IMG/VR virus record: IMGVR_UViG_3300032237_000969
Span: 1-33,293 of that record
Origin: a virus
Taxonomy: Duplodnaviria > Caudoviricetes
DNA length: 33,293 bases
Reading direction: 5' to 3' (one strand)
Shown here: in pieces, positions 10,238 through 19,285 of the stretch
Layout of the letters: every line of letters begins with the position of its first letter
Position numbering within the stretch: the first letter of the stretch is position 1
The notes under the pieces: generated by a model
What the model was told of the DNA's origin: nothing
The model's input: only the letters and a program-made list of their open reading frames with translations
Database searches by the model: none
Position numbers and translations under genes: made by a program

Positions 10238-12189
10238 TATGTGTACGCTAATTCTAGAAGTATTTGTTTCTTAATCATACTATTTAACGAATCTTCAATT
10301 GGCATCATTTGTGATTGAGATCCTCCACCCACAAAAACTTGTTGGGGTGCAGATTGTTGACGATCTTCTATGACTACAGTTTGTCTACCTTTTCTATTTT
10401 GTGTAATTGATGGTACATTTTGTCCAGGTGCAGATGTTGGTGAGAGTTGTGCTTGTGCTGGTTGATTTTCTGGCGTTTGTACTTGAAATACTCTTGGATA
10501 TACTTGTGCTGGTTTAGTTGATGATACTTGTGCTGGAGTTGATTTATCTGAATAAGGTGTATTAAAAGGTGCAAATTTACTATATTTGTTAAGAGGATCA
10601 AATCTCCCTGTTATATATCTACGATCCCATCCAGTTCCAGATTCCCAGTGAAGATGAGGTCCAGTAGTTCTTCCAGTCATTCCAACTTTACCTATTACCT
10701 CACCTTTTTTAACCGAACCACTACGTTTATATCCAGATTGCATATGACCATATAAATGATATATTCCACGATCATCTTTCATCACTAAAAAGTTTCCCCA
10801 ACCTTTTTGAAAATCAGAATCGACAATTACACCATCAGAAATTGCCCTTAGTGGAGTTCCATAATTAACCTGTAAATCAGTTCCACCATGATTTCTGCCA
10901 GCTCCAAGTCTATCTCCAACTATTGGATTTATTTTTCCGGGAGGAACTTGAACTATTTGAGTTGATGATTGTGCTTGTATTGGTTTGGGTAAATTAAATG
11001 ACGCAGGCCCTGCAGGATTAATTCTATTTCTGTCACGTATTGGATCTTTAAGGAATTGATTATCTCCAGCACCCCCTCGCCAACCAGAACCATAAAACCT
11101 ACCATCTGGTCCCATTTCTCCTGGCACTAATCCATTTTTTAAGTAATATTGCGGAGAAGCTCTATATTCCATAGCACCACCAACATATTTTGCCGCACTA
11201 GATTGTAGTGAAGGATTTTGAATATCTCTAATAATTCCTAACAGAGTTGCTTCACTTTGCCCAGACCATTTAGATGCATCTTGTAATGTTTGAATTTTTT
11301 TAAATCCACTAACACCTTTCTTTTCTACACCTTCAAATTGGTTTGGTCTAGATAAAATTTCAGTATAAGTAGATCCATATTTTCCGGATGCTTTCCTATT
11401 CACAACAACTTGCATCATATCAACATTAGATTGTGCTCCACTTCCCTCAGTAGAAAGTGCAGCAGCAATTCTATACATTTCTGGTGATTGACTACCAGGA
11501 AGTCCTCCACCAGTTCCTGTAGTAGGAGCAGGTTGAGTATAATCGGTATTTAATGCTGGAACTGGTTGTTCTCCAGGGCCTTCTCCAAGAGGAGTTTTGA
11601 GCAAATCAAATCCTTCCATAAATTGATCATGCATTAAATCAAGATTTACATTCAAATCATCCATTGCATTTTGCACTCTTCTTGATTGATCAGTAAAATC
11701 AAAATGAGTAATATCCTGATATACTGCAGAAAGAAGCGTACCAAAATTTTGAAATGTATTTGTGATATTAGATATAAATCCAGTCAATATTCCATATAAA
11801 GATTTGATTCTAATAATCAGATCCTCAATTCCTGTAATAATTGTCGGTAAATTATAAAGTAACCAACCAATTAAAATGGAAGATGCAAAATTTAATATTC
11901 TATCTAGAAATCCTTTTGTACTATCACCAATGACTGATGTAGTTCTTTTAAATGCACCACCAATACCAGAAGCTTCAATTATACTTTCTTGATCTCTTCT
12001 TTTAATTTGTTCTTCTCTCATATTACTAAGAATTTTATCCCTAACAATAGATTCTCTCTTTACTTTTATTTTATTCAGAGAGACCATTTTTATGGTGTCT
12101 GAAGATTTTTTTAATTGCCCAATTCCAGTATTAAGAGACTTTACACTACCTGATACCTTATCTAAATTAATTGAGGATGTAATTGCCAT
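10237..12189 (-). CDS. Tail-associated muralytic protein: helical N-terminus, SleB/Hydrolase_2-like domain and M23 peptidase
   Basis: M23 motifs HGGTD (HxxxD), 'YGHM' and 'GMTGRTTGPHLHWE' (HxH). A central segment 'AAALSTEG...MQVVVNRKASGKYG...ILSRPNQFE' resembles SleB-type cell-wall hydrolases. Confidence 0.75.
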   Translation of the reverse strand: MAITSSINLDKVSGSVKSLNTGIGQLKKSSDTIKMVSLNKIKVKRESIVRDKILSNMREEQIKRRDQESIIEASGIGGAFKRTTSVIGDSTKGFLDRILNFASSILIGWLLYNLPTIITGIEDLIIRIKSLYGILTGFISNITNTFQNFGTLLSAVYQDITHFDFTDQSRRVQNAMDDLNVNLDLMHDQFMEGFDLLKTPLGEGPGEQPVPALNTDYTQPAPTTGTGGGLPGSQSPEMYRIAAALSTEGSGAQSNVDMMQVVVNRKASGKYGSTYTEILSRPNQFEGVEKKGVSGFKKIQTLQDASKWSGQSEATLLGIIRDIQNPSLQSSAAKYVGGAMEYRASPQYYLKNGLVPGEMGPDGRFYGSGWRGGAGDNQFLKDPIRDRNRINPAGPASFNLPKPIQAQSSTQIVQVPPGKINPIVGDRLGAGRNHGGTDLQVNYGTPLRAISDGVIVDSDFQKGWGNFLVMKDDRGIYHLYGHMQSGYKRSGSVKKGEVIGKVGMTGRTTGPHLHWESGTGWDRRYITGRFDPLNKYSKFAPFNTPYSDKSTPAQVSSTKPAQVYPRVFQVQTPENQPAQAQLSPTSAPGQNVPSITQNRKGRQTVVIEDRQQSAPQQVFVGGGSQSQMMPIEDSLNSMIKKQILLELAYT

Positions 12190-12190
12190 G

Positions 12191-13918
12191 TTACGTTATT
12201 ATATTATAATTAATTTGTGAATATAATGCGTAAAAATTATCAGAATTTGATGAAGAAATAAAAGGAACATCACTTGCAGGACCAGTTTTCAATGGTTGTT
12301 GTTGTGGATTAGAAGATCCAGAAGATGCATAAACAATATTTGGTTTTAATTCTGGTTCTGGTCCAATATTAAATGGAACTGTTGGAACTTTTGATACTTC
12401 TGCTGGTGTGATTGATGGAGTTTCTGCTGCATTTCCAGTTACTTGAGCAGAGGTGTTAATATCTGGCAATTTCATTTCTTTCCAATCATATCCCTTTGAT
12501 GTTGCCCAATTTATGGCCTGTTGTTTTTCTTCATTATTCATTTTATTCCAAGCACCTTCTATTCTACCTCTTGCCATTGGATTATTCCTATATTGCCATG
12601 CCATTTCATATTGTTTTATTTTTGATGCATCTGGTGGTGGTGTTGAAGTAGTTGATGGTTCTGAAGTAGTTGGAGGAATTTTAGTATCTGGTGTATTAAT
12701 TTTCAAATCACTTGCAGGAGGAATTTTTGGAGTTATTGGTTTAACAGTTGGAGATTGGGGTTTTGGTGGTTCTTTTTTTTCTTTTGGTTTATTAACTCCA
12801 GTCAATAAATCAGCGCCTTTTCCTGCACCAAACCAACCAACTCCCGCTCCAGTTATACCGCCCAATAAACTTCCAACTGGACCAAAAATACTTCCCATTT
12901 CTGCTCCCGCAGTGCCAAGAACTTCAGCACCAGCCATACTTGCTGCTGTTCCTGCTCCAGCTTGAACATTAGTTTGACCTTCTTTTTTTCGATCTATAAA
13001 TTCAAATCCACCAAGAGCAAGACTAAATCCAGTTTTAGCAACTCCTTTAAGTCCTTTACCAATATTACTGAAAAGACCTTCTAAACCACCTTTCTCAGAT
13101 CCTTCAACAGCACCTCTTGTTGCAGCCGCTGCTTCTTTGCCACCAGAACCAGTTACTGCTCTGGTTGCAGTTTTTATAACACTACTTGCTCCTTGAAAAA
13201 CTCTTCCAATTGTATTTTTAAGCAAAAACCTGCCAATTTTTCCTACAAGTCCGGTGATTGATCCAATGACCTTACCTATACCAACATTAATAATAAGAAA
13301 TATACCACCAGCAATTCCAAGTGTTTTAAGTACAGAGTCTTTAATATCATCAAGTTTGGTTTTATTATCATCCTGATAGGCCTTAATCGTCTTAATTCCT
13401 TCAAGAGTTAACCATCCTCCAAGTAATGTCGTTATGAATGACATTAAATTTTGGAATCCAAAAGAAACTGTATTTCCAATACGACTTAATGGTTCTGATA
13501 ATGCACTTTGAATTTTAGTTTCTAAAAGACTTTCCTGTCCTCCTCTTGCGCCAGATTCTGCTAATTTTTTTTGATTTTCTTGTTCAATCAGATCTTTTTG
13601 CCTTTCAATTACACTTTCACTTGCAATTGTAGTTGCAACAGATTCTAAAGTATCATTAACTTTATCTAATTGTGATCTTACGCTACCAATTTGATTAGAA
13701 AAAGATTCTTGAAAACTTGAAAAAACACCAATATTAGTAATATTATTTTTACTTAACTCATTAACTTGATTTTGTAATGATGATATTGAAAATGTAAGTG
13801 ATTGTAGTTTAGATTTTGTTTCAGGATCTTGTCTATCACCACCAAAAATATTTCCCGACACGGTACTTTGATTAATGCCGTCAATAGAACTAGAAAGTGG
13901 TGATGGTAGAACTGCCAT
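12191..13918 (-). CDS. Tape-measure-like / baseplate hub protein
   Basis: 575 aa with a coiled-coil N-terminus, hydrophobic helices and a Gly-zipper (GSIFGPVGSLLGGITGAGVGWFG). Lies immediately downstream of gp26/gp51. Confidence 0.55.
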   Translation of the reverse strand: MAVLPSPLSSSIDGINQSTVSGNIFGGDRQDPETKSKLQSLTFSISSLQNQVNELSKNNITNIGVFSSFQESFSNQIGSVRSQLDKVNDTLESVATTIASESVIERQKDLIEQENQKKLAESGARGGQESLLETKIQSALSEPLSRIGNTVSFGFQNLMSFITTLLGGWLTLEGIKTIKAYQDDNKTKLDDIKDSVLKTLGIAGGIFLIINVGIGKVIGSITGLVGKIGRFLLKNTIGRVFQGASSVIKTATRAVTGSGGKEAAAATRGAVEGSEKGGLEGLFSNIGKGLKGVAKTGFSLALGGFEFIDRKKEGQTNVQAGAGTAASMAGAEVLGTAGAEMGSIFGPVGSLLGGITGAGVGWFGAGKGADLLTGVNKPKEKKEPPKPQSPTVKPITPKIPPASDLKINTPDTKIPPTTSEPSTTSTPPPDASKIKQYEMAWQYRNNPMARGRIEGAWNKMNNEEKQQAINWATSKGYDWKEMKLPDINTSAQVTGNAAETPSITPAEVSKVPTVPFNIGPEPELKPNIVYASSGSSNPQQQPLKTGPASDVPFISSSNSDNFYALYSQINYNIIT

Positions 13919-14088
13919 TAGGATTGTTGATTTTTAAGATTTTCTTCTTCGATATATTGCTGCAAAAGTGTAATATAAATTTCCCTCTCCCAAGGTATCA
14001 TATTCTCAAGTTCTGTTAATGAATATTTATGATGCTGCATCAAAGAAAAATTTGTTTTGTAGTATGACGCAAGATCAGTATGCGCCAT
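13918..14088 (-). CDS. gp51: Small gp51-like baseplate hub assembly protein (56 aa; absent from the ORF track)
   Basis: Manual translation: MAHTDLASYYKTNFSLMQHHKYSLTELENMIPWEREIYITLLQQYIEEENLKNQQS*. The 'LMQHHKYSL.E.ENM.PWER..Y' motif is characteristic of this family. Confidence 0.85.
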   Translation of the reverse strand: MAHTDLASYYKTNFSLMQHHKYSLTELENMIPWEREIYITLLQQYIEEENLKNQQS

Positions 14089-14090
14089 AC

Positions 14091-14807
14091 TTAACCGAAA
14101 AAATCAGTGAGTCCTTCTAAGACTACTTCACTTTCAACTTTTGTATTTGGATTTGTAATTTTAATTTTATGTGAAAGTTTAGGCATAGTATCAAAGAATT
14201 TTTCAACTTCTTTGAATTGTGACGAGTTTAATTGCTCAACAAATTCTAAGAGTTCTTTTTTTGAAGAATCACTTCCTGTCCAAGATTCTTCTTCCGAATA
14301 GATCTGATCGATACAAGAAGCAATTAAATCGAAAGATTCATTAATCCCAATTCCTCCTGCACCATTGAAATTATTTTTAACAAATTCTGCCATGGAAGGA
14401 TACTTCATTCTCATAGTTAAAATATCATCCAATTTAATATCTTTACTATGACCTTCTTGATCTTGAACTTCAATTTCATCAAGATTAATACTTACAGGAA
14501 CTTTAGTAACACCATCATCTGGGCATGTAACAAAAACATCTACACTTTCGCCAACAGACTTTCCTCTAAAGTTAAGAAACATATATTCAATATCAAATGT
14601 TGAAAGATTTTCTACTTTAATACCTTTGCTTAAAATACAATTTGAAATTACTGTTTTGACTGCAGTTGCAATTTGTTTGCTATCCTCACTTTCCATTGCA
14701 ATAATGAGAATCTTTTCTTCTTTAACTAAAAATGGGCGATATCTAATTTTCTTTTTTAATGATGGAATTTCCAATTCATAAATTGGAGTCGCAATCGTTG
14801 GTAGCAT
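14091..14807 (-). CDS. gp26: gp26-like baseplate hub assembly chaperone
   Basis: Motifs 'LPTIATPIYELEIPS...IRYRPFLVKEEKILIIA', 'FDIEYMFLNFRGKSVGE' and the C-terminal 'LEGLTDFFG'. Confidence 0.85.
   Translation of the reverse strand: MLPTIATPIYELEIPSLKKKIRYRPFLVKEEKILIIAMESEDSKQIATAVKTVISNCILSKGIKVENLSTFDIEYMFLNFRGKSVGESVDVFVTCPDDGVTKVPVSINLDEIEVQDQEGHSKDIKLDDILTMRMKYPSMAEFVKNNFNGAGGIGINESFDLIASCIDQIYSEEESWTGSDSSKKELLEFVEQLNSSQFKEVEKFFDTMPKLSHKIKITNPNTKVESEVVLEGLTDFFG
14097..14103 (-). other. Candidate -1 programmed ribosomal frameshift heptamer T TTT TTC
   Basis: The minus strand reads GAT TTT TTC GGT TAA GT ATG GCG. The -1 frame continues TTT CGG TTA AGT ATG GCG into the gp51-like ORF with no stop. 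Confidence 0.6.
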
Positions 14808-14837
14808 GATTTTTTAATAATTTAATCAATTCAAATA

Positions 14838-14845
14838 TATTTATG
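14838..14845 (-). promoter_or_regulatory. Late promoter (CATAAATA) overlapping the endonuclease stop codon, driving gp26
   Basis: NATAAATA motif about 30 nt upstream of the gp26 ATG. Confidence 0.55.
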
Positions 14846-15683
14846 TGTAAATTTGAATTCTTAATTTAGTATCAATATTTCTTGCTTTTTGATATATTGT
14901 TAATGGACCAGATGTACTTATATAACCAGTAATAATACATTTCCATTTTTGAGAATTTAATATTTTTACTTGTTTACTTCCAATATTTTGAATATGTCCA
15001 GTTTCTTTATTTTTATTTCCACCCCTCTTACCAATATCTATTCTTTCTTTTTTAGAAAAACTATGAATTCCTGTTTTATTTTTATATGCTTTAGTTCCAC
15101 TCACTTTTCCACCATTACTAGAATTTTTCTTCCTTTCATCTTCACTTAATTTAAATATTCCCAAATTATTCTCATAACATAATTTACCATATTTTTTACC
15201 AAGTTCTTGTATGTGCCCAGTTTCTTTATTTTTAGTTCCGATATTTATACCATTTTTTTGTCTAATTTCTATGGGCAAATTATAAATTCCAATACCTAAC
15301 CTTTTTTGAGTTTCCCTTCCTTTATCGCCATCTATTTTTATTTGCTCTTTTGTTTTAGAATGTATTCCCAATTTATTTTTAATTTGAGTTTCTGTTCCCT
15401 TTTTGCACATATTGGATGAAACTATTCCACCACAATTTTCATTTAAACACAATTTATCATTAATAAATGATTTTATTAATCTATTTTCAACAATATTTGC
15501 ATCTTCTCTTGAATTAAATATTTCCAATATCTGCTTCTTTGGCGTATAAAAATCCCACGCCCATTTATGAGTTACTGGAGAACCCCAATATTCTTCATTA
15601 AATCTTTTTTCCTTTTTACTTCCATAGTAATAATAAGGAACTTCTTCAAAAGTAATTTTATACGTGTAAATACGTGGTTGCAT
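14841..15683 (-). CDS. Free-standing GIY-YIG-like (Seg-type) homing endonuclease #1
   Basis: N-terminal 'RIYTYKITF...YYYYGS...YWGS...REDANIVENRLI...CLNEN'. Basic repeated C-terminal modules (NKETGHIQ twice, GIHS twice). Inserted between core structural genes. Confidence 0.75.
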   Translation of the reverse strand: MQPRIYTYKITFEEVPYYYYGSKKEKRFNEEYWGSPVTHKWAWDFYTPKKQILEIFNSREDANIVENRLIKSFINDKLCLNENCGGIVSSNMCKKGTETQIKNKLGIHSKTKEQIKIDGDKGRETQKRLGIGIYNLPIEIRQKNGINIGTKNKETGHIQELGKKYGKLCYENNLGIFKLSEDERKKNSSNGGKVSGTKAYKNKTGIHSFSKKERIDIGKRGGNKNKETGHIQNIGSKQVKILNSQKWKCIITGYISTSGPLTIYQKARNIDTKLRIQIYT

Positions 15684-15784
15684 GACTGCTCTTAAACTGG
15701 TGGTTATAAGTATTTATATAAGAAAAGGAGCAATGCTCCTTTTCTTCCCGAAAAGAACCACCAGTTCAGGCATTAATATTTATA
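15684..15784 (-). promoter_or_regulatory. Endonuclease leader cassette #1: late promoter, antisense RNA, terminator, late promoter, target UTR
   Basis: TATAAATA at 15777-84; AACTGGTGGTT at 15756-66; 12-bp hairpin AAGAAAAGGAGC-ATT-GCTCCTTTTCTT at 15720-46; TATAAATA at 15711-18; AACCACCAGTT at 15695-705; then AAGAGCAGTC-ATG. Confidence 0.75.
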
Positions 15785-15812
15785 ATATCCTATAAAGTTC
15801 AGGTGCTTTTAT

Positions 15813-16655
15813 TTATAGAGTTCTAAACCAATTAGAAGTATTTGGATTTGTGCTATTAGAATTTAATTTTGCATTTGGGCTAGGGTTGATAGATCCGCCG
15901 ATTCCTCTAGGTCTTGGATCATCCAATCTTCCCGTACCAAGATTCAGGTTTCTCCAGATTAATTCTTCTCTTCCAGTTGCAAGTCTATTTGTATTATTTG
16001 ATGCAGTAACATTTTGAGGTATTAAATTGTTATCTCTCAAGTAAGAAACATCAATACTTCTAATTGATCCACAAACATATCTTTCATAACTAAATGATGC
16101 CGTCACAGTTAATATTTGCGACTCATTATATGCAATAGTTGGTGAATACATTGCAATTGGAAATAATCCATAAAAATTATATTCAATTTCATTTCTATAA
16201 TCTCTATCAAATTTTAAAACTTTTGTTGTATCTGATTTATAATCTTTTGGATATTTCATTCTGAAAAAATATCCCTGTGCATTGGGTCTAACTCCAGAAC
16301 CACTGGCAATAAATTCTATCCAGTGTTCTAAAAATTTTATCATTTTATATTCTTTATCGACATAAAATGTTAAATCAGTTGAAGTAAATATTCTAGTGTG
16401 TGCCATCTTCTCACTCACTCCCGTAACATCACCAACAATATCTGATGTTCCCAAAGAACTACTAGGTAATGTTGCAGAAGAACACAATAATCCAGCATTT
16501 TCAGCAACAAATCTCCAATCAACACCTCTCAAACTTAGATGATCTTGAAGAAGTTTTGGCAATGATCCAAAAGAAACTTGATAATGACTAGTTTGTGCAA
16601 GATTACCAAAAATTGGTTTAATTTCTGATATTCTGCGAGGACGTGCAGTGGACAC
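15813..16655 (-). CDS. Tail tube initiator / tube-like baseplate protein (gp54/gp19 family); likely GTG start at 16655
   Basis: Tube-protein-like motifs 'LLCSSATLP', 'TDLTFYVD...FLEHW', 'YNFYGLFP', 'LTVTASFSYE'. The track's 16721 start overlaps gp4 and lies upstream of the promoter, so GTG at 16655 is preferred. Confidence 0.65.
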   Translation of the reverse strand: MSTARPRRISEIKPIFGNLAQTSHYQVSFGSLPKLLQDHLSLRGVDWRFVAENAGLLCSSATLPSSSLGTSDIVGDVTGVSEKMAHTRIFTSTDLTFYVDKEYKMIKFLEHWIEFIASGSGVRPNAQGYFFRMKYPKDYKSDTTKVLKFDRDYRNEIEYNFYGLFPIAMYSPTIAYNESQILTVTASFSYERYVCGSIRSIDVSYLRDNNLIPQNVTASNNTNRLATGREELIWRNLNLGTGRLDDPRPRGIGGSINPSPNAKLNSNSTNPNTSNWFRTL

Positions 16656-16656
16656 T

Positions 16657-16690
16657 CTAAATACTACTAAGATCTTATATATGTATTTAG
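16657..16690. promoter_or_regulatory. Overlapping face-to-face late promoters (CTAAATA on both strands) in a near-palindrome
   Basis: CTAAATAC-TAC-TAAGATCTTA-TATAT-GTATTTAG lies between the two divergent start codons. Confidence 0.7.
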
Positions 16691-17128
16691 ATGTCATATA
16701 AAGGAAAATATCAACCAACAAATCCTAAAAAATATCGAGGAGATTTTAATAATATAACTTATAGATCTTTATGGGAACGTAAATTCATGAAATATTGTGA
16801 TACAAATGAAAATATTCTAGAATGGTCCTCAGAAGAAATATTTTTACCTTACCGATCACCTATTGACAATAAGATACACAAATATTTTCCAGATTTTTAT
16901 ATCAAAGTAAGAGAAAGCAATGGAGAAATTAAAAAATGTATAATTGAAATAAAACCAAAAAAGCAGACAATTGAACCAATACCACAAAAGAAAAAGACAA
17001 AAGGTTATATCTATGAGGTTTATGAGTATGCAAGAAATCGGGCGAAATGGAAAGCTGCAGAAGAATACTGTAAGGATCGTCAATGGGAATTTAAGGTGTT
17101 CACGGAAGAAAATTTAGGGATTAGGTAA
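16691..17128 (+). CDS. gp4: Head completion protein gp4 (TnsA-like nuclease fold)
   Basis: 'YKGKYQPTNPKKYRGD...YRSLWERKFMKYCD...WSSEE...YFPDF...IEIKP...N.AKW.AA'. Confidence 0.9.
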   Translation: MSYKGKYQPTNPKKYRGDFNNITYRSLWERKFMKYCDTNENILEWSSEEIFLPYRSPIDNKIHKYFPDFYIKVRESNGEIKKCIIEIKPKKQTIEPIPQKKKTKGYIYEVYEYARNRAKWKAAEEYCKDRQWEFKVFTEENLGIR

Positions 17129-17691
17129 TGGCACTCACAGGATACGAAAAACCAATCGAGCAATATAGTAAAAATGAATTAGTTGAAATTGCAAAAAAAT
17201 ATACCATATATTATCAGACTGATTCTGGAAAAGGTTCTATAGGCAATTACGGTAGATTAACAAAAGAGAAATTAATCTCAATTATAAAATCTGATAAAGA
17301 TTTTCAGAAAGCTGCTCCACCTTCTAGGAAATTAAGCAGAGTTGAAATGATGATGCAAAGAATATCGCAAGCGACTGATAGTCCAGAAAAGATTATGAAA
17401 ATCATTCAAGAGATTTTTGATGATACAGATCCATATCCAAGACCTGGAAATATATACACTTTTGTATATAAAGCAACCACTCCAGGAATTCTTTATGATA
17501 AACATCCATTATTGATGGTTGAATCAGTCAATCTTTCTGGATTTAAAGGATTCAATGTTCATTGGCCAGATCACAGAAATTATCTTCGGGAAAATGCTAT
17601 TGGTGTTTTTCATAGAGTTAGAAAAGGTGAAGAATTTGATTATCTTCATGATGTTCCCTACAGAAAAATATTATCAACAAGGTCTAAATAG
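17128..17691 (+). CDS. gp2: gp2-like DNA end-protector protein
   Basis: C-terminal 'PGNIYTFVYKATT...YDKHPLLM...FKGFNVHW' motif; position between gp4 and gp48. Confidence 0.6.
   Translation: MALTGYEKPIEQYSKNELVEIAKKYTIYYQTDSGKGSIGNYGRLTKEKLISIIKSDKDFQKAAPPSRKLSRVEMMMQRISQATDSPEKIMKIIQEIFDDTDPYPRPGNIYTFVYKATTPGILYDKHPLLMVESVNLSGFKGFNVHWPDHRNYLRENAIGVFHRVRKGEEFDYLHDVPYRKILSTRSK
17684..17690 (+). promoter_or_regulatory. Late promoter CTAAATA upstream of gp48
   Basis: Motif ends 16 nt before the ATG at 17706. Confidence 0.6.
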
Positions 17692-17705
17692 TTATAAAAA
17701 TATAA

Positions 17706-18590
17706 ATGGCAACCTTAGGATCTTATAGATATCCACAAAAAAGATTAGATGCATCAGATGATTATCTGAAAATTCTTATTGTTGATTATATTCCTCCAGG
17801 ATTGGGTGCAAGCACAGCAACAGATATTATCCAAAAAACTGCCACTAGGGCATTAGCAGAAAGTGGAAAGTTAACAAATCCTTTATATCAGATTCTTCTT
17901 CCCATGCCACAGGGAATTAGTGATACTAATATGGTTAGTTGGGGTGATGATACATTAAATCCTCTAGCAGCTAGTGGTGTTCAAGCTGCAGAATCCGCCA
18001 TGACAGGAGATGTTGGAGGAGCAGTAAGTAACCTTTTGTCACAATTCAAAAATGTTGCTACTAATGGAAATGGGCAAGATGCAGTCACTAATTTCTTCGC
18101 TGCAATGGCAGTAAATAACTTTGGTGCAAATGTGAGTGGTGAAAGTCTTCTTACAAGAGCATCTGGTCAAGTTCTTAATCCAAATATGGAACTTCTCTTT
18201 AAAGGAGTTCAGTTAAGATCATTTAATTTTTCCTTTAATATGGCTCCAAGAGACGAAAAAGAATCGAAAGATATTAAAGATATTATAAGAGCGTTTAAAA
18301 AATCAATGGCTGCAAAAACTTCAATTGGTCCTGGTGCTGGATTGTTTATTAGTTCTCCAAGTATATTTCAACTTGAATATCGAAGCGGAAATAAAAAACA
18401 TCCATTTCTAAATTCATTCAAACCGTGCGCCTTATTAAACATGGGAGTTGATTATACAGGATCTGGTGTTTATGCAACGTATGAAGATGCAACACCAGTT
18501 CATATGAAACTCACACTCTCATTTCAAGAATTGAATCCAATTTACTTTGAAGATTATGATGATTCCACAGATATTGGAGTAGGGTACTAA
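17706..18590 (+). CDS. gp48: Baseplate tail-tube cap gp48
   Basis: 'ILLPMPQGISD...W', 'NPNMELLFKGVQLRSFNFSF.MAPR', 'FKPCAL..MGVDY...YATYEDATPV...LSFQELNPI'. Confidence 0.85.
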   Translation: MATLGSYRYPQKRLDASDDYLKILIVDYIPPGLGASTATDIIQKTATRALAESGKLTNPLYQILLPMPQGISDTNMVSWGDDTLNPLAASGVQAAESAMTGDVGGAVSNLLSQFKNVATNGNGQDAVTNFFAAMAVNNFGANVSGESLLTRASGQVLNPNMELLFKGVQLRSFNFSFNMAPRDEKESKDIKDIIRAFKKSMAAKTSIGPGAGLFISSPSIFQLEYRSGNKKHPFLNSFKPCALLNMGVDYTGSGVYATYEDATPVHMKLTLSFQELNPIYFEDYDDSTDIGVGY

Positions 18591-18591
18591 A

Positions 18592-19245
18592 ATGTCATAT
18601 TTTAGGGAATTGCCAGATCTGGAGTATCAATCACCTTTTGAAAATAAGGTTTCTTCGGATGCATATATACGTGCAAAGAATCTATTTCGTAGAGTTAAAC
18701 TTCGTGATGATTTGCAGAATGTTTTTACTCTCTTCAACAAGTATCAAATTCCAGATGGTGCTAGACCAGATACTGTAGCAGAAGAACTTTATGGTAGAGC
18801 AGATTTAGATTGGGTTGTTATTTTAACAGCAGGAATTATTAACATAAGAAATGAATGGCCTTTATCTGATAGAGATATTTACGATTATGCTGAAGAAATT
18901 TATGGTACTCAATTAAATAATATACATCATTACGAAACTATAGAGATTAAAGATTCACAAGGTCGTTTGATTCTTCCAGCGGGAAAAGTTGTAGATTATA
19001 ATTTTACAATTCAAGATCCAAATATTCCAATTCAAAATATTACTCCTGCACCAGTTACTGGAATTAGTAATTATGAATATGAGGTTATCAAAAATAATAA
19101 AAAAAGAACAATTTATATCTTAAAAAAATCATATTTACAACAATATCTGAATGATATGAGAAAAATTATGTATTATGATAAATCTTCTCAGTATGTTGAT
19201 AAAACTTTAATTCGTACAGAGAATACTAGAGTTACAATGCCATAA
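18592..19245 (+). CDS. gp53: Baseplate wedge subunit gp53
   Basis: 'MSYFRELPDLEY...KNLFRR...GARPDTVAEELYG...WVVIL...EWPLS...IHHYET...SNYEYE...N.KKR.I'. Confidence 0.9.
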   Translation: MSYFRELPDLEYQSPFENKVSSDAYIRAKNLFRRVKLRDDLQNVFTLFNKYQIPDGARPDTVAEELYGRADLDWVVILTAGIINIRNEWPLSDRDIYDYAEEIYGTQLNNIHHYETIEIKDSQGRLILPAGKVVDYNFTIQDPNIPIQNITPAPVTGISNYEYEVIKNNKKRTIYILKKSYLQQYLNDMRKIMYYDKSSQYVDKTLIRTENTRVTMP

Positions 19246-19268
19246 AAAAAGAGGAGATTTCTCTCCTC
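19244..19268 (-). terminator. Intrinsic terminator between convergent gp53 and gp32
   Basis: GAGGAGA-N4-TCTCCTC hairpin with a T7 tail on the minus strand. Confidence 0.8.
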
Positions 19269-19285
19269 CAATCTTATTACTCAGA

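Noticed and set aside
16691-17128. TnsA-like nuclease as a Tn7 transposon gene
   Set aside because: Its motifs and gene context match the core head-completion protein gp4, and no tnsB/tnsC or transposon ends are visible.
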